Below, one piece after another: positions 35,334-43,503 of a DNA stretch of 64,000 bases. The stretch is from a virus, in the IMG/VR virus record IMGVR_UViG_3300046543_000082, positions 1 through 64,000 of that record, one strand, 5' to 3'. Under the pieces are notes generated by a model. The model was not told the DNA's origin. It saw nothing but the letters and a program-made list of their open reading frames with translations, and searched no databases. The position numbers were made by a program, and so were the translations under genes. Numbering within the stretch: position 1 is the first letter of the stretch; each line of letters begins with the position of its first letter.

Positions 35334-35842
35334 GCTGCGCTCCTGAATTCGTACCGTGCCGTTTTCTTCATCGGCGCCACGCCGACCACCTGGCCATCCC
35401 GCATCCGCTTCTCGATCTGATCCGACGCCCAAACGTATTTTCGCTTGCTCACCGTCTCCACCAGTTCCTCGAAGACGTGAATCCCGCCATTGACGGCCGT
35501 CAGCTCGTCGCCGGTACTTACCCTGCGACCCATCGCGAAGAACCGCTCCTGCACCGAAATAAGCGCGTTGCTGGCGTCATATACGGCTTGCAGACCGATG
35601 TGCTTATTTTTGGCTTGCTCGCACAACACGAGGCACACGTTGCAGGCGGTCACGAGCGCGCCCCAGTCGTCTTGTGTCGCTTCGCCCTTGGAGAGCGCCA
35701 GCGCGGCCATGTGCGTCGTCAGCAGTACTTTGTCCTTCAGTTCGCCCTTCAGCGGTTCGTCGCCTTCGAATAGCGTCGTGACCGTATCCTTAACTCCGGT
35801 TTTCGGCACATACTTACGTCTCGGTTTCCGATTTCCTGCCAT
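35330..35842 (-). CDS. Conserved phage hypothetical protein
   Basis: RKPRRKY.PK...L..G.AT..DW..L. Confidence 0.75.
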   Translation of the reverse strand: MAGNRKPRRKYVPKTGVKDTVTTLFEGDEPLKGELKDKVLLTTHMAALALSKGEATQDDWGALVTACNVCLVLCEQAKNKHIGLQAVYDASNALISVQERFFAMGRRVSTGDELTAVNGGIHVFEELVETVSKRKYVWASDQIEKRMRDGQVVGVAPMKKTARYEFRSAA

Positions 35843-35857
35843 TTCTCCCTCCCCCGT

Positions 35858-36086
35858 TTAGTCTTCAAGCCCTGCCAGATAATCGATTGAGCATTCCAAC
35901 ACTTGAGCCATTTCCACCACGATCAAGAATTTCGGCATCGTGCCGCGGTTCTCGACTGCAGTGATCGTGGAAACGTGAACTCCAACCTGAGCCGCGAAAA
36001 TCGCGCAACGCGAACCCGCGTCGGACCCTTTCGGCTTTGAGCCGCTTTCCAAACTCGCCGAATCCAGGCTTGCGTGCGAATGCCAT
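35858..36086 (-). pseudogene. XRE-family HTH gene split by a one-base frameshift
   Basis: FGKRLKAER.RRG..LRDF continues in +1 frame as AAQVGVHVSTI..VEN...SIDYLAG. Confidence 0.8.
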
Positions 36087-36095
36087 GACTGATCC

Positions 36096-36422
36096 TTATG
36101 ACATGTCCGTAATGCGATGAATCCAGTTCTTAGTCTTGGGGCACCATTTCCAGCCTATGACCCAAACTCCCCATCCGATCTTTCGAACCAGCGGCAGATT
36201 CGGTGATTCCGTGATCTTCGCTACCCGCGCTGCTACGTTCGTCCAACTCGTCGCCTGAACCGCCAACACTTCGCCATCTTTGAAACAGAGCTGGTCTATA
36301 AACCCGAGCAAGTCTTTTCGAATGTTGGCGCCCGGAATCCATCTCTCAGTCGTTTCGACCAGCCAGCCTTGCTCCTTCAGCAGTTCGGCAGTTAAAGCGG
36401 AAGGACTACGTTTCATCCTCAT
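36096..36422 (-). CDS. PD-(D/E)xK nuclease, resolvase-like
   Basis: DLLGFID.L......LAVQ.T; after helicase. Confidence 0.65.
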   Translation of the reverse strand: MRMKRSPSALTAELLKEQGWLVETTERWIPGANIRKDLLGFIDQLCFKDGEVLAVQATSWTNVAARVAKITESPNLPLVRKIGWGVWVIGWKWCPKTKNWIHRITDMS

Positions 36423-36555
36423 CCTCCGGGTCGGGCTGCTCCTCCCATTTCTCGAAGGCCCGTCGATCTCGCTCGCGCTGATTTTCCAATGGCTTACCAG
36501 CTTCGAAGGCGCCCAATATTTCGGCCATGTAGTCCTGGACGGGAATCAAACTCAT
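36406..36555 (-). CDS. Small hypothetical protein
   Basis: GGAGG RBS, ATGA coupling. Confidence 0.5.
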   Translation of the reverse strand: MSLIPVQDYMAEILGAFEAGKPLENQRERDRRAFEKWEEQPDPEDEDET

Positions 36556-38330
36556 GCGGCCTCCGCTTTTGAGAAATGAAAAGCCGGACGCGGGTGCCAA
36601 TCTGCACTCTGCGTGAACGTCAGCGAATCCTTATGGAACCAGAGCTTTAGCGCGCCTTCATAACCCGTCGCGCGCTGTTTATGGCAGTACAGGCGCGCAT
36701 CTTCGGTATCTGGGCTAGGCTCACGCTCGATTTCCTTCTTCTTGTTCCGCCACACCGTGAAGACGTTATCGGCAAGGTCGGAAATTGCCCCGGTCCCCTT
36801 GATGTCGAGCTTGCCGGGTGCCTTCTCTTCCGATTCGCCTTTCCGTGCGTGTGCGATCAGGTGGACGTGCACGTTGAAATCGTTCTTGAAGTCGCACAGA
36901 GCGTCGACGAACTGTTTCTGTCCCTTGTAATCGTCTTCTGCGATGCCGCATTTCATCAACGAGTCGACAACGAAATGCGTAACGCGGTAACGCTTGGCGG
37001 CATAACGGAACGCCTCCATAAGCTTCTCTTGGCTGACGCTCCCCACATGGTCATAAAGCCACAGCGAGCCCGTCATCCACTCCGTAGCAGCCTTGACGAA
37101 CGGAATCGGAGCTTTAAGCGTGGCGCAAGCCTGCGCGGTCAGTCTAAAGAGCAGCATCTTCGGCTTGATTTCGCCCGAGAAAATGCAAATCCGCTCGCCG
37201 TTATTCATCAGGTTCACGAGAACGTTCCCTAGCAGGTCGCTCTTTCCGTGCCCGTTTATCCCGGTCCAGATCGACAATTCAGCCGGGCGCAGACGCACCC
37301 GATCCTGCCAAGTCGGCCACGGCATCGGCGAGCCAGTCATTCCGAGCGGCTGGCCGCTGAACATCTCTATCACGTCATCCAGGTACGCTTCGGGCGTCTT
37401 CAGGTCGGACGGCTCGATTCGCTTTGCCGCTGCAATCGCTTGGATGATCTCGTCACGGTCGACGCCGGCCTGTAATGCCTCGTTTGCATCCTTCAGGCGG
37501 AAATCGACGATTCGGCAGCGCTCAATACCGAGGCGCGCGGCAACCTCACGCACACCCTTCTGCCCTGCCTCGTCGGCATCGAACCACAAGAAAATCTCTT
37601 GGAAGCGTTCCAGACGCTCGAAGTCCTGGTCGATCCACTGGTGATTGCCAGCGCCCTGATTAATCGACAGCGCGTCGAATCCCCACTGGTACAGGCTCAT
37701 CGCATCGATCTCGCCTTCGACGATCAGAACCGCCTTCACGTCGTCCGTGATCAGGTCCCAACCGAACAAGCACGGCTCTGCGTTCGCAGCCTGCCACGTC
37801 TTTTTCTTGCCGTTCTCGTCACGCTTCAGCGCGAGGTGCTTGACGTTCACTAGTTCGTCGTCACGCAGGAACGGGAACACAATCGCGTCGTCTTCCTTCG
37901 AAGCGCCAACCTTGAACGCCTGGATCGTCTCCAGCGTCAGCTTTCGATCTTCGGTCAGGTAGGAAAGCACCCGACCTACGGGTTTCGTGACGGGCGGCTT
38001 AGACGGCTTCGCATAGACGCGCTTCGGGCCGGCAAAAGCCGGTTCGGAGATGCCGAGGTAGTTGCGGCACGCTTCGAACGCGTCACGCTTCGTAGACCCG
38101 TTCACCGCTGCCCAAAGGTCGATCAGATCGCCACCTTCACCAGTCGCGAAATCCTTCCAGACGCCAGCCTTGTTCCCGTTGATTCGTACCTTGAGCGAAT
38201 CTCCTGCTTCGCCCTGCACGCTGCCAACGCACCACTCTGCCCCTGCGCGCTTTCCGTTCGGAAGCAACATGCCGGCAATAGCTTCAGCCTCTTGTGCGAG
38301 TCGATACGATGTTTCTGTCCAGTTGCTCAT
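36552..38330 (-). CDS. Primase-helicase (Toprim + DnaB-like)
   Basis: IVEGEIDAMS, FDADEAG, KDANE, GINGHGKS, VVDSL, IAHARK. Confidence 0.93.
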   Translation of the reverse strand: MSNWTETSYRLAQEAEAIAGMLLPNGKRAGAEWCVGSVQGEAGDSLKVRINGNKAGVWKDFATGEGGDLIDLWAAVNGSTKRDAFEACRNYLGISEPAFAGPKRVYAKPSKPPVTKPVGRVLSYLTEDRKLTLETIQAFKVGASKEDDAIVFPFLRDDELVNVKHLALKRDENGKKKTWQAANAEPCLFGWDLITDDVKAVLIVEGEIDAMSLYQWGFDALSINQGAGNHQWIDQDFERLERFQEIFLWFDADEAGQKGVREVAARLGIERCRIVDFRLKDANEALQAGVDRDEIIQAIAAAKRIEPSDLKTPEAYLDDVIEMFSGQPLGMTGSPMPWPTWQDRVRLRPAELSIWTGINGHGKSDLLGNVLVNLMNNGERICIFSGEIKPKMLLFRLTAQACATLKAPIPFVKAATEWMTGSLWLYDHVGSVSQEKLMEAFRYAAKRYRVTHFVVDSLMKCGIAEDDYKGQKQFVDALCDFKNDFNVHVHLIAHARKGESEEKAPGKLDIKGTGAISDLADNVFTVWRNKKKEIEREPSPDTEDARLYCHKQRATGYEGALKLWFHKDSLTFTQSADWHPRPAFHFSKAEAA

Positions 38331-38332
38331 GA

Positions 38333-39049
38333 TCAGTTGTCGAACCGAATTCCGTTTTCGTCACGATCGCGTGCATATTCGCGATGCCCGTTCATCTGCC
38401 CTGCGTACTGCGCGAACTTTCTTGCTCCGAACAGCGTTTCCGGTCTCAGGAATTCGGCCATCTTCGGATCGTTCCCCCAGGCCCTTACCTTTCCGTCGAT
38501 TACTGCCTTGATCTCGTCGACCGTGGCGCCTTCCCTGATTCGTGCCATCACAAGCTCTGTGTTCGCCTTCACATTCCTGAAAGATCGCCCTGACTTCTCA
38601 TTCAGGTAATCGATGATTTCGGATGCAGGGTCCGGCTTGCCGGGCAATGTCTTTTCTGTCTCTGTCTCTGTCTCTGTCTCTGTCTCTTGTGCGGAAGCGC
38701 TACGCTTTGCTAGCGGCTTGCTAGCATCAGCTTGAGACTTGCTTGCATCAGACGCAAAGTCTTGATCCGTAAGCACTTCTAAAAAGCCGACTTCAATAAG
38801 AGGACCGAAATCAGGAGGGCCGCTCAGATATGCAACTCGCTGGATATAGCGAGGGTTATCCGGAATCTGATTGTCCGTAGCAGCTGCTAGCAACATGCAA
38901 GCAATTGCTAGCACCCTGCTAGCATCGTCTACAGAAACCCACGTTTCGCTAGCAAGAAGGTCGCGATGGAGTTTGATCCAAGGAGGATTTCTGTCCTTGT
39001 AGTGCTGGAAGCGCTCCCAGTTCTTGATGCGGTAGTACGTACCCATCAT
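38333..39049 (-). CDS. Replication initiator (O-like)
   Basis: IKNWERFQHYKDRNPPWIKL; C-terminal IIDYLN...FLRPETLFG. Confidence 0.85.
   Translation of the reverse strand: MMGTYYRIKNWERFQHYKDRNPPWIKLHRDLLASETWVSVDDASRVLAIACMLLAAATDNQIPDNPRYIQRVAYLSGPPDFGPLIEVGFLEVLTDQDFASDASKSQADASKPLAKRSASAQETETETETETEKTLPGKPDPASEIIDYLNEKSGRSFRNVKANTELVMARIREGATVDEIKAVIDGKVRAWGNDPKMAEFLRPETLFGARKFAQYAGQMNGHREYARDRDENGIRFDN
38655..38953. repeat. Putative replication origin: GCTAGC(A) iterons plus (TCTCTG)n tract
   Basis: About six GCTAGC palindromes in two clusters inside the initiator gene; hexamer tract encodes ETETET. Confidence 0.6.
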
Positions 39050-39202
39050 TCCCCCTTCAGGTCAAACAGACTGAATGCCTTTACGACCGTGGTTGAGGAA
39101 ATCCACCCCAGGCAGTACGCGCGCATCACGACTCGCTTCAAAACACTTTTCATGGCTACCCCAAGCTTTTTCTATGTGACGATCCGACTTTAGAGGGGTC
39201 CT

Positions 39203-39466
39203 TCAATCGCCCTCTTCAGGACCCATTCCAGCGACCATGAACATGCGGGTTTTATATAACCTAGCTACATGTTCACGCCCATACACCCGAATCATCATCA
39301 ATTCACGAATGAACTCGGAGGTTCCCATGCCTGCTTCGTAAGCCAGTCGGTCAAGTTCGTCTTTGGTCTCTTCGTCGACCCGAACCTTGACTTCAGCCGT
39401 CAATTTCCCGAGCGTGGTGGTGCGCCGTCCTAGTGCCATGCCTTCCCCTATTTGGTTGTCGTCCAT
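39203..39466 (-). CDS. CII-position regulator (ribbon-helix-helix-like)
   Basis: VKVRVDEETK..L..LA...G...SEFIR. Confidence 0.7.
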   Translation of the reverse strand: MDDNQIGEGMALGRRTTTLGKLTAEVKVRVDEETKDELDRLAYEAGMGTSEFIRELMMIRVYGREHVARLYKTRMFMVAGMGPEEGD

Positions 39467-39541
39467 GTGACCTCGTAGTACTAAGGGCCGCTGTACGGCT
39501 CTGGCTATTGCTGTTGCGTGTGGGTGCTACGAGGCTGCGGG

Positions 39542-39742
39542 TTATGCCGCTGCTTGTTCTGTTGCGTGTTCTTCCAGGTCGGCGAAAAGCTCGGGCCTGA
39601 CGAGTCGGAGCCATTGCAGACGCAGTTTCGGGATGCCCTTCTTGCGCCATCCGGAGATCGACGCGGGTTCGATCTCGAAGTAATTAGCGGCCGCAGTCGT
39701 GCCGCCCATGCGGTCAATCACGGTGTTGGCTAAGGAAATCAT
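39542..39742 (-). CDS. cro: Cro-like repressor
   Basis: VID.MGGT.A.A..F.I...SISGWRK.GIP; divergent from cI. Confidence 0.85.
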   Translation of the reverse strand: MISLANTVIDRMGGTTAAANYFEIEPASISGWRKKGIPKLRLQWLRLVRPELFADLEEHATEQAAA

Positions 39743-39770
39743 GGGGTGCCTCGCTGTTTAACTAGCCCCT

Positions 39771-39882
39771 ATGTTAGCCAAACCTAATCCAGAAAGCAAG
39801 TCATACCTAACTATAAAGTTGCCCACGCCTAATTATTCGGACGCGAGCATACCTAAGATGCCACCTGATAGGCTTGCCTAAT
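39771..39882. promoter_or_regulatory. OR region: PR (TTGCTT-17-TAACAT, minus strand) and five CCTAA operator half-sites
   Basis: CCTAA at 39783, 39806, 39828, 39852, 39877 (22-25 bp period); best site ATAGG-N4-CCTAA. Confidence 0.75.
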
Positions 39883-40348
39883 GAACTGGAACCGAAGAAT
39901 TACTGAAGCCAGAGAAGCCCGCTCGATGTCCAAGGCGGAGTTGGCGCGCGCCTGTAATGTGTCGGCGCCGACCGTGACCGACTGGGAAAGCGGGAAAATA
40001 AAAAACCTCGACGCGGCCAATATGCTGACGATCTGCGAGGTTTTGGGAGTCGAACCCCGGTGGCTAGTGTGGGGATTTGAGAGCGGCAAATCGCCGAACA
40101 GAGGGGACTTCGTGCCTATTACCGGCGAAGCAAAAAAGCTAATTCAGTGCGTCATGCGTCTGGACAAGGGGGGGCCAAAAGTACGACAAACGTTTGCTTA
40201 CACTCTCGGCATCCTTGAAATTGTCGAAAGATTGGGATTGGTACATGATGCCGATGTGGTGGCCGAGCTTGCAGAACAGGAGCAGCTCTTGGCACTCCAC
40301 GCCGAGCCATCTAGGGTTTTAAAACATGCCCCCCGCAAGCACAAATGA
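39881..40348 (+). CDS. cI: CI-like XRE repressor without recognisable S24 peptidase domain
   Basis: N-terminal HTH; only 155 aa. Confidence 0.85.
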   Translation: MNWNRRITEAREARSMSKAELARACNVSAPTVTDWESGKIKNLDAANMLTICEVLGVEPRWLVWGFESGKSPNRGDFVPITGEAKKLIQCVMRLDKGGPKVRQTFAYTLGILEIVERLGLVHDADVVAELAEQEQLLALHAEPSRVLKHAPRKHK

Positions 40349-40499
40349 AAAAACCATCGTCAGCATGGACCTTTACCGGCAGCGTCGAACTGTCGAATCC
40401 AAGCAGAAGGAGTCAACCGATCCGGCCGAAGAAGCGTTAAACGAAATCGCCCGATACCTTCTGATGGCCGTTCGCGTCATCACGGCTAGGCGTCACTGA
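40326..40499 (+). CDS. 57-aa hypothetical protein co-transcribed with cI
   Basis: MPPASTNEKTIVSMDLYRQRR...; ends just before terminator. Confidence 0.5.
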   Translation: MPPASTNEKTIVSMDLYRQRRTVESKQKESTDPAEEALNEIARYLLMAVRVITARRH

Positions 40500-40506
40500 A
40501 TTCCCC

Positions 40507-40530
40507 TCCCGCTTCGGCGGGATTTTTTTT
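40507..40530 (+). terminator. Intrinsic terminator after cI operon
   Basis: TCCCGC-TTCG-GCGGGA-T8. Confidence 0.85.
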
Positions 40531-40550
40531 GTCTTTTCGGTATAGAACGC

Positions 40551-40579
40551 TTGACTCTACCGGTGTAGCGTCCTACACT
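40551..40579 (+). promoter_or_regulatory. PL promoter with overlapping inverted repeat GTGTAG-N4-CTACAC
   Basis: TTGACT-17 bp-TACACT; start site near 40586. Confidence 0.8.
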
Positions 40580-40586
40580 ACATCCA

Positions 40587-40711
40587 TGCACTGAAGAACA
40601 AGCAGCGCATCGGATAGCCCGGCAACGTGAGTTGGGAATGTCTAGCCCGAACTGCAATCGGGCCGACCGGATGACCTGGCGAAATCGGAGCCAGCGACGC
40701 GACAGAGCCGA
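40587..40711 (+). repeat. 125-bp exact direct repeat, copy 2
   Basis: Identical to 1-125. Confidence 0.97.
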
Positions 40712-40771
40712 TGAAGTTTTATCAAGGCGTCTTGCTAAGGGCGCCGTGACAAAACCACAAAGGGGATAGAT

Positions 40772-40867
40772 ATGACGATCAAATTCCGCACGTTTAACGT
40801 TGTTCGTGGCACACACAACCTTCGCGTGAAGGTCTGGCTTAAACAACTGCGCTCGGAGGCTATGTGA
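40772..40867 (+). CDS. 31-aa basic peptide
   Basis: Same GGGGATAGA RBS as 183-392; GTGA coupling. Confidence 0.5.
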   Translation: MTIKFRTFNVVRGTHNLRVKVWLKQLRSEAM

Positions 40868-41004
40868 GCGACCTCGCACTTGACTTAATCGAACTGAAGC
40901 GCCTCGCTGCTGGCGGCATGGGCGCTTTGACCGAAAAACTGTTGCACGAAGTAGCGGCTCGGATCATCGCTTCGGGGCTGCGTGACTTTCGGGAGGGATG
41001 CTGA
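40864..41004 (+). CDS. Homolog of 403-543
   Basis: GGAGG RBS; near-identical protein. Confidence 0.7.
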   Translation: MSDLALDLIELKRLAAGGMGALTEKLLHEVAARIIASGLRDFREGC

Positions 41005-41005
41005 C

Positions 41006-41344
41006 ATGGAAGCGAAAGAAAGGCTTACCGCACGCATGGAACGCGTCTACACCGCAGACGGCAAACACATCGTCACTGTATGGGCCGAGTCCGTCGACTG
41101 CAAGGCGCAGACGGGCGAATCTTATCTCGGCATGCGCGATCGCACGGAACCGATGCGGATTTCGGCTCAGCAGCAGACGTTTGACCGTGCTCGTCTGTTC
41201 GCCGCCGCTCCTGACCTTCTCGAAGCGCTGATCTTGCTTGAAGCGGAAATGGTTCTTTCCGGCAATGCCGGGGCGACTGATTACGGATGGAAGCCTGCGA
41301 TCGAAAAGACGCGCGCCGCTATCGCCAAAGCCACCGGAGACTGA
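41006..41344 (+). CDS. Phage hypothetical protein (ARLxAAAPDLLEAL family)
   Basis: Motif plus RAAIAKATG end; flanked by 11-bp direct repeat. Confidence 0.8.
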   Translation: MEAKERLTARMERVYTADGKHIVTVWAESVDCKAQTGESYLGMRDRTEPMRISAQQQTFDRARLFAAAPDLLEALILLEAEMVLSGNAGATDYGWKPAIEKTRAAIAKATGD

Positions 41345-41345
41345 C

Positions 41346-41414
41346 ATGGAACTCGCAATCATATTCGCGGTACTCGGGTTTGGTGATTGGTTTCTTTTCG
41401 GGTGGACGCGATGA
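41346..41414 (+). CDS. Homolog of microprotein 545-613
   Basis: Near-identical sequence; GGAG RBS. Confidence 0.6.
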   Translation: MELAIIFAVLGFGDWFLFGWTR

Positions 41415-41575
41415 GATACGGATGCACTGTGATCAACGCGACCCGGCTCGGCGAGTTTCTCTACGACAAAGAGCTTGCCGAGTACGACGACGAAGGATAC
41501 GACGGTTGGATCGACGACGGCGATAGAAGCGACGAGCAATTCGACCGGATGGACAGACAAAACGAACTGAGGTGA
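41411..41575 (+). CDS. Acidic protein, homolog of 610-768
   Basis: Sequence similarity. Confidence 0.7.
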   Translation: MRYGCTVINATRLGEFLYDKELAEYDDEGYDGWIDDGDRSDEQFDRMDRQNELR

Positions 41576-41578
41576 GCG

Positions 41579-41674
41579 ATGAAACATCCGTTATTGGCTT
41601 GGGTGGCTGCGGTTAGTGTCGGTCTTCTCTCGGGAAGCGTGATTGTGATGTCGGCGACGGGCTTGGGGTTCTGA
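41579..41674 (+). CDS. 31-aa TM microprotein
   Basis: GAGGTG RBS; hydrophobic. Confidence 0.55.
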   Translation: MKHPLLAWVAAVSVGLLSGSVIVMSATGLGF

Positions 41675-41675
41675 G

Positions 41676-41882
41676 ATGAAGACATACCACTACGCCGACA
41701 AGCGGCCAAGCATCTACCCGCAATTCATGATGGATGATTTCGGCGACGAGATCATGACGGTTCATGAAGTGACGCCGGACATCGATAGCTTCCAGATCAA
41801 GATGCATCCGGATACGTATTGGCACATTTTCGACTTGTCCGGAAAAGTGCTTGAGTGGGCAGACGGCCACGATGAGGAATAG
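41676..41882 (+). CDS. Hypothetical acidic protein
   Basis: 68-aa ORF in operon. Confidence 0.65.
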   Translation: MKTYHYADKRPSIYPQFMMDDFGDEIMTVHEVTPDIDSFQIKMHPDTYWHIFDLSGKVLEWADGHDEE

Positions 41883-41885
41883 ATC

Positions 41886-41957
41886 ATGTGGATGCTAATT
41901 GGCTACTTCGCCATCGGATCGACACTGGCGATTGCGTTTATTCGGGGTGCGCGATGA
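41886..41957 (+). CDS. TM microprotein, homolog of 1061-1144
   Basis: GAGG RBS; shared YFAIGSTLAIAFIRGAR. Confidence 0.6.
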   Translation: MWMLIGYFAIGSTLAIAFIRGAR

Positions 41958-42079
41958 AACTTGTAACGGAGCAAGAATTGAATAAATGCGTAACGCTGAG
42001 CGATTTGGCGGTCGGCATTGCAGTAGGCGCGATCATGGGCCTCGTGTTCTACGGTGCGCTTCTCGTCGGGATCGGATGA
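41954..42079 (+). CDS. TM protein, homolog of 1281-1406
   Basis: Sequence similarity. Confidence 0.65.
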   Translation: MKLVTEQELNKCVTLSDLAVGIAVGAIMGLVFYGALLVGIG

Positions 42080-42080
42080 G

Positions 42081-42206
42081 ATGCTCAAACTCGCGAAGAT
42101 ATGGGCCGCAACCATGCTTCTCGCGCTGCTCTACCTGATGGCAGGCGGCTTGATGGATAGCTTGGAGCAGCGTGCAGAACAGTGCCGCACCGTTCATTGC
42201 ACGTAG
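42081..42206 (+). CDS. TM protein, homolog of 1408-1533
   Basis: Sequence similarity. Confidence 0.6.
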   Translation: MLKLAKIWAATMLLALLYLMAGGLMDSLEQRAEQCRTVHCT

Positions 42207-42255
42207 GCGCGTAGTACAACTAATGTCGGAATCACGGTCAACTTGGATAACCGTA

Positions 42256-42762
42256 ATGGACGAAAAATTAACGCATTGGAAGAGATTGGTTAACCCGGAT
42301 TACATAGGCGCCTACGCGCTTGATCCGGATCAGGACCTGACCGTGACTATCGACTATGTGACACGGGAAGCAGTTAAGGGGACTGGGGGGAAGTCGGAAG
42401 AGTGCACTGTGGCGCACCTAGTCGGTCAGAAGCCGTTGATTCTCAACGCGACGAATTCGAAGTCGATCCATCGCTTGTATGGACCCTACATAGAACAATG
42501 GAGCGGAAAGCAGATTACTTTGTTCGCCAGCACCACGCGCATGGGCGGTGAGACTGTTGAGTGTCTTCGCATCCGCGCCACGGTAGCCAAGCCAGCTAAG
42601 AAGCGAATCGATGACGCTCGGTTGAACAAGGCGATTGAATCAATCAAGGGTGGCCAGTATACGACTGGAAAGCTCCGCGCTCAGTTCGATCTGACACAAG
42701 AGCAAGAAACGAAGGTTGACGAAGAGATAAAAGCGCATATGGAGTCCAGCCATGAAGAATGA
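42256..42762 (+). CDS. Putative ssDNA-binding/annealing protein in the bet position
   Basis: THWK....PDYIGAY...KPLILN.TN...IEQW.GK.ITL; upstream of exonuclease. Confidence 0.6.
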   Translation: MDEKLTHWKRLVNPDYIGAYALDPDQDLTVTIDYVTREAVKGTGGKSEECTVAHLVGQKPLILNATNSKSIHRLYGPYIEQWSGKQITLFASTTRMGGETVECLRIRATVAKPAKKRIDDARLNKAIESIKGGQYTTGKLRAQFDLTQEQETKVDEEIKAHMESSHEE

Positions 42763-42798
42763 CAGAACAAGCCGAAAGAAGAAAACTTGGAGGCATGT

Positions 42799-43428
42799 AT
42801 GACGTTCCGAATCCGCGCAAGCTCACTTGGGAAAATAATGGCCGAGCCGAAGAACAAGGGCGAAATACTTTCCGTGGGAGCGAAAACCTACGTTGAGGAA
42901 CTGGCTAAAGAGTTTGTTTATGGGTTTCAGCGCGTCATCACATCAAAGGAAATGGACAAAGGAATCATCGTTGAAAACGCCTCCATTGCGTTGCTCAACG
43001 ATGTGATGTTCGCCAGCTATGTGAAGAACGCCGAGCGGAAGAACAATGATTGGCTGACCGGTGAGTGCGACATCTTCACAGGCTCGAAGATCATCGATAT
43101 CAAGTCGTCGTGGTCGCTCCAGACATTCCCCGCTACGGTGTTTGCCGGACGTGATACGGGCTACGAATGGCAACTTCGTTCGTACATGATGCTATGGGAT
43201 GTTGATGAGGCAGAGATCGCCTACTGTCTCGTCACGACGCCCGATGAACTGATCCGGTTCGAACCAACCGAGATTCATTACGTCGATCACATCGATCCGG
43301 CTCTGCGCGTTACTCGCGTCCCGTACCAGCGCGACAAGGCGCTCGAAGAGAAGATCAAGGCGAAAGTCGAAGCGGCTCGTGCGTACTTCGATGAGGTAGT
43401 CGAACTGATCGCAATCGAGCACGCGTAA
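42799..43428 (+). CDS. Lambda-exonuclease-like protein
   Basis: RASSLG, G...E, TGECDI, IDIKSSW, YEWQL..YM.L. Confidence 0.85.
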   Translation: MTFRIRASSLGKIMAEPKNKGEILSVGAKTYVEELAKEFVYGFQRVITSKEMDKGIIVENASIALLNDVMFASYVKNAERKNNDWLTGECDIFTGSKIIDIKSSWSLQTFPATVFAGRDTGYEWQLRSYMMLWDVDEAEIAYCLVTTPDELIRFEPTEIHYVDHIDPALRVTRVPYQRDKALEEKIKAKVEAARAYFDEVVELIAIEHA

Positions 43429-43502
43429 TGACCGGAAGCGACATCGTGCTTGCTGTAATCGCTGCGATGTATGTCTTGCATTTTTTAATCGAAAGGATAT
43501 GA
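43428..43502 (+). CDS. TM microprotein, homolog of 3044-3118
   Basis: One nucleotide difference; TAATG coupling. Confidence 0.6.
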   Translation: MTGSDIVLAVIAAMYVLHFLIERI

Positions 43503-43503
43503 G

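Larger units (their letters stand above)
1..40586. mobile_element. Temperate podovirus-like phage genome, unit A (complete gene set, attP configuration)
   Basis: All lambdoid modules present once; bounded by the 125-bp repeat; int-att-lysis adjacency; no host genes. Confidence 0.85.
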
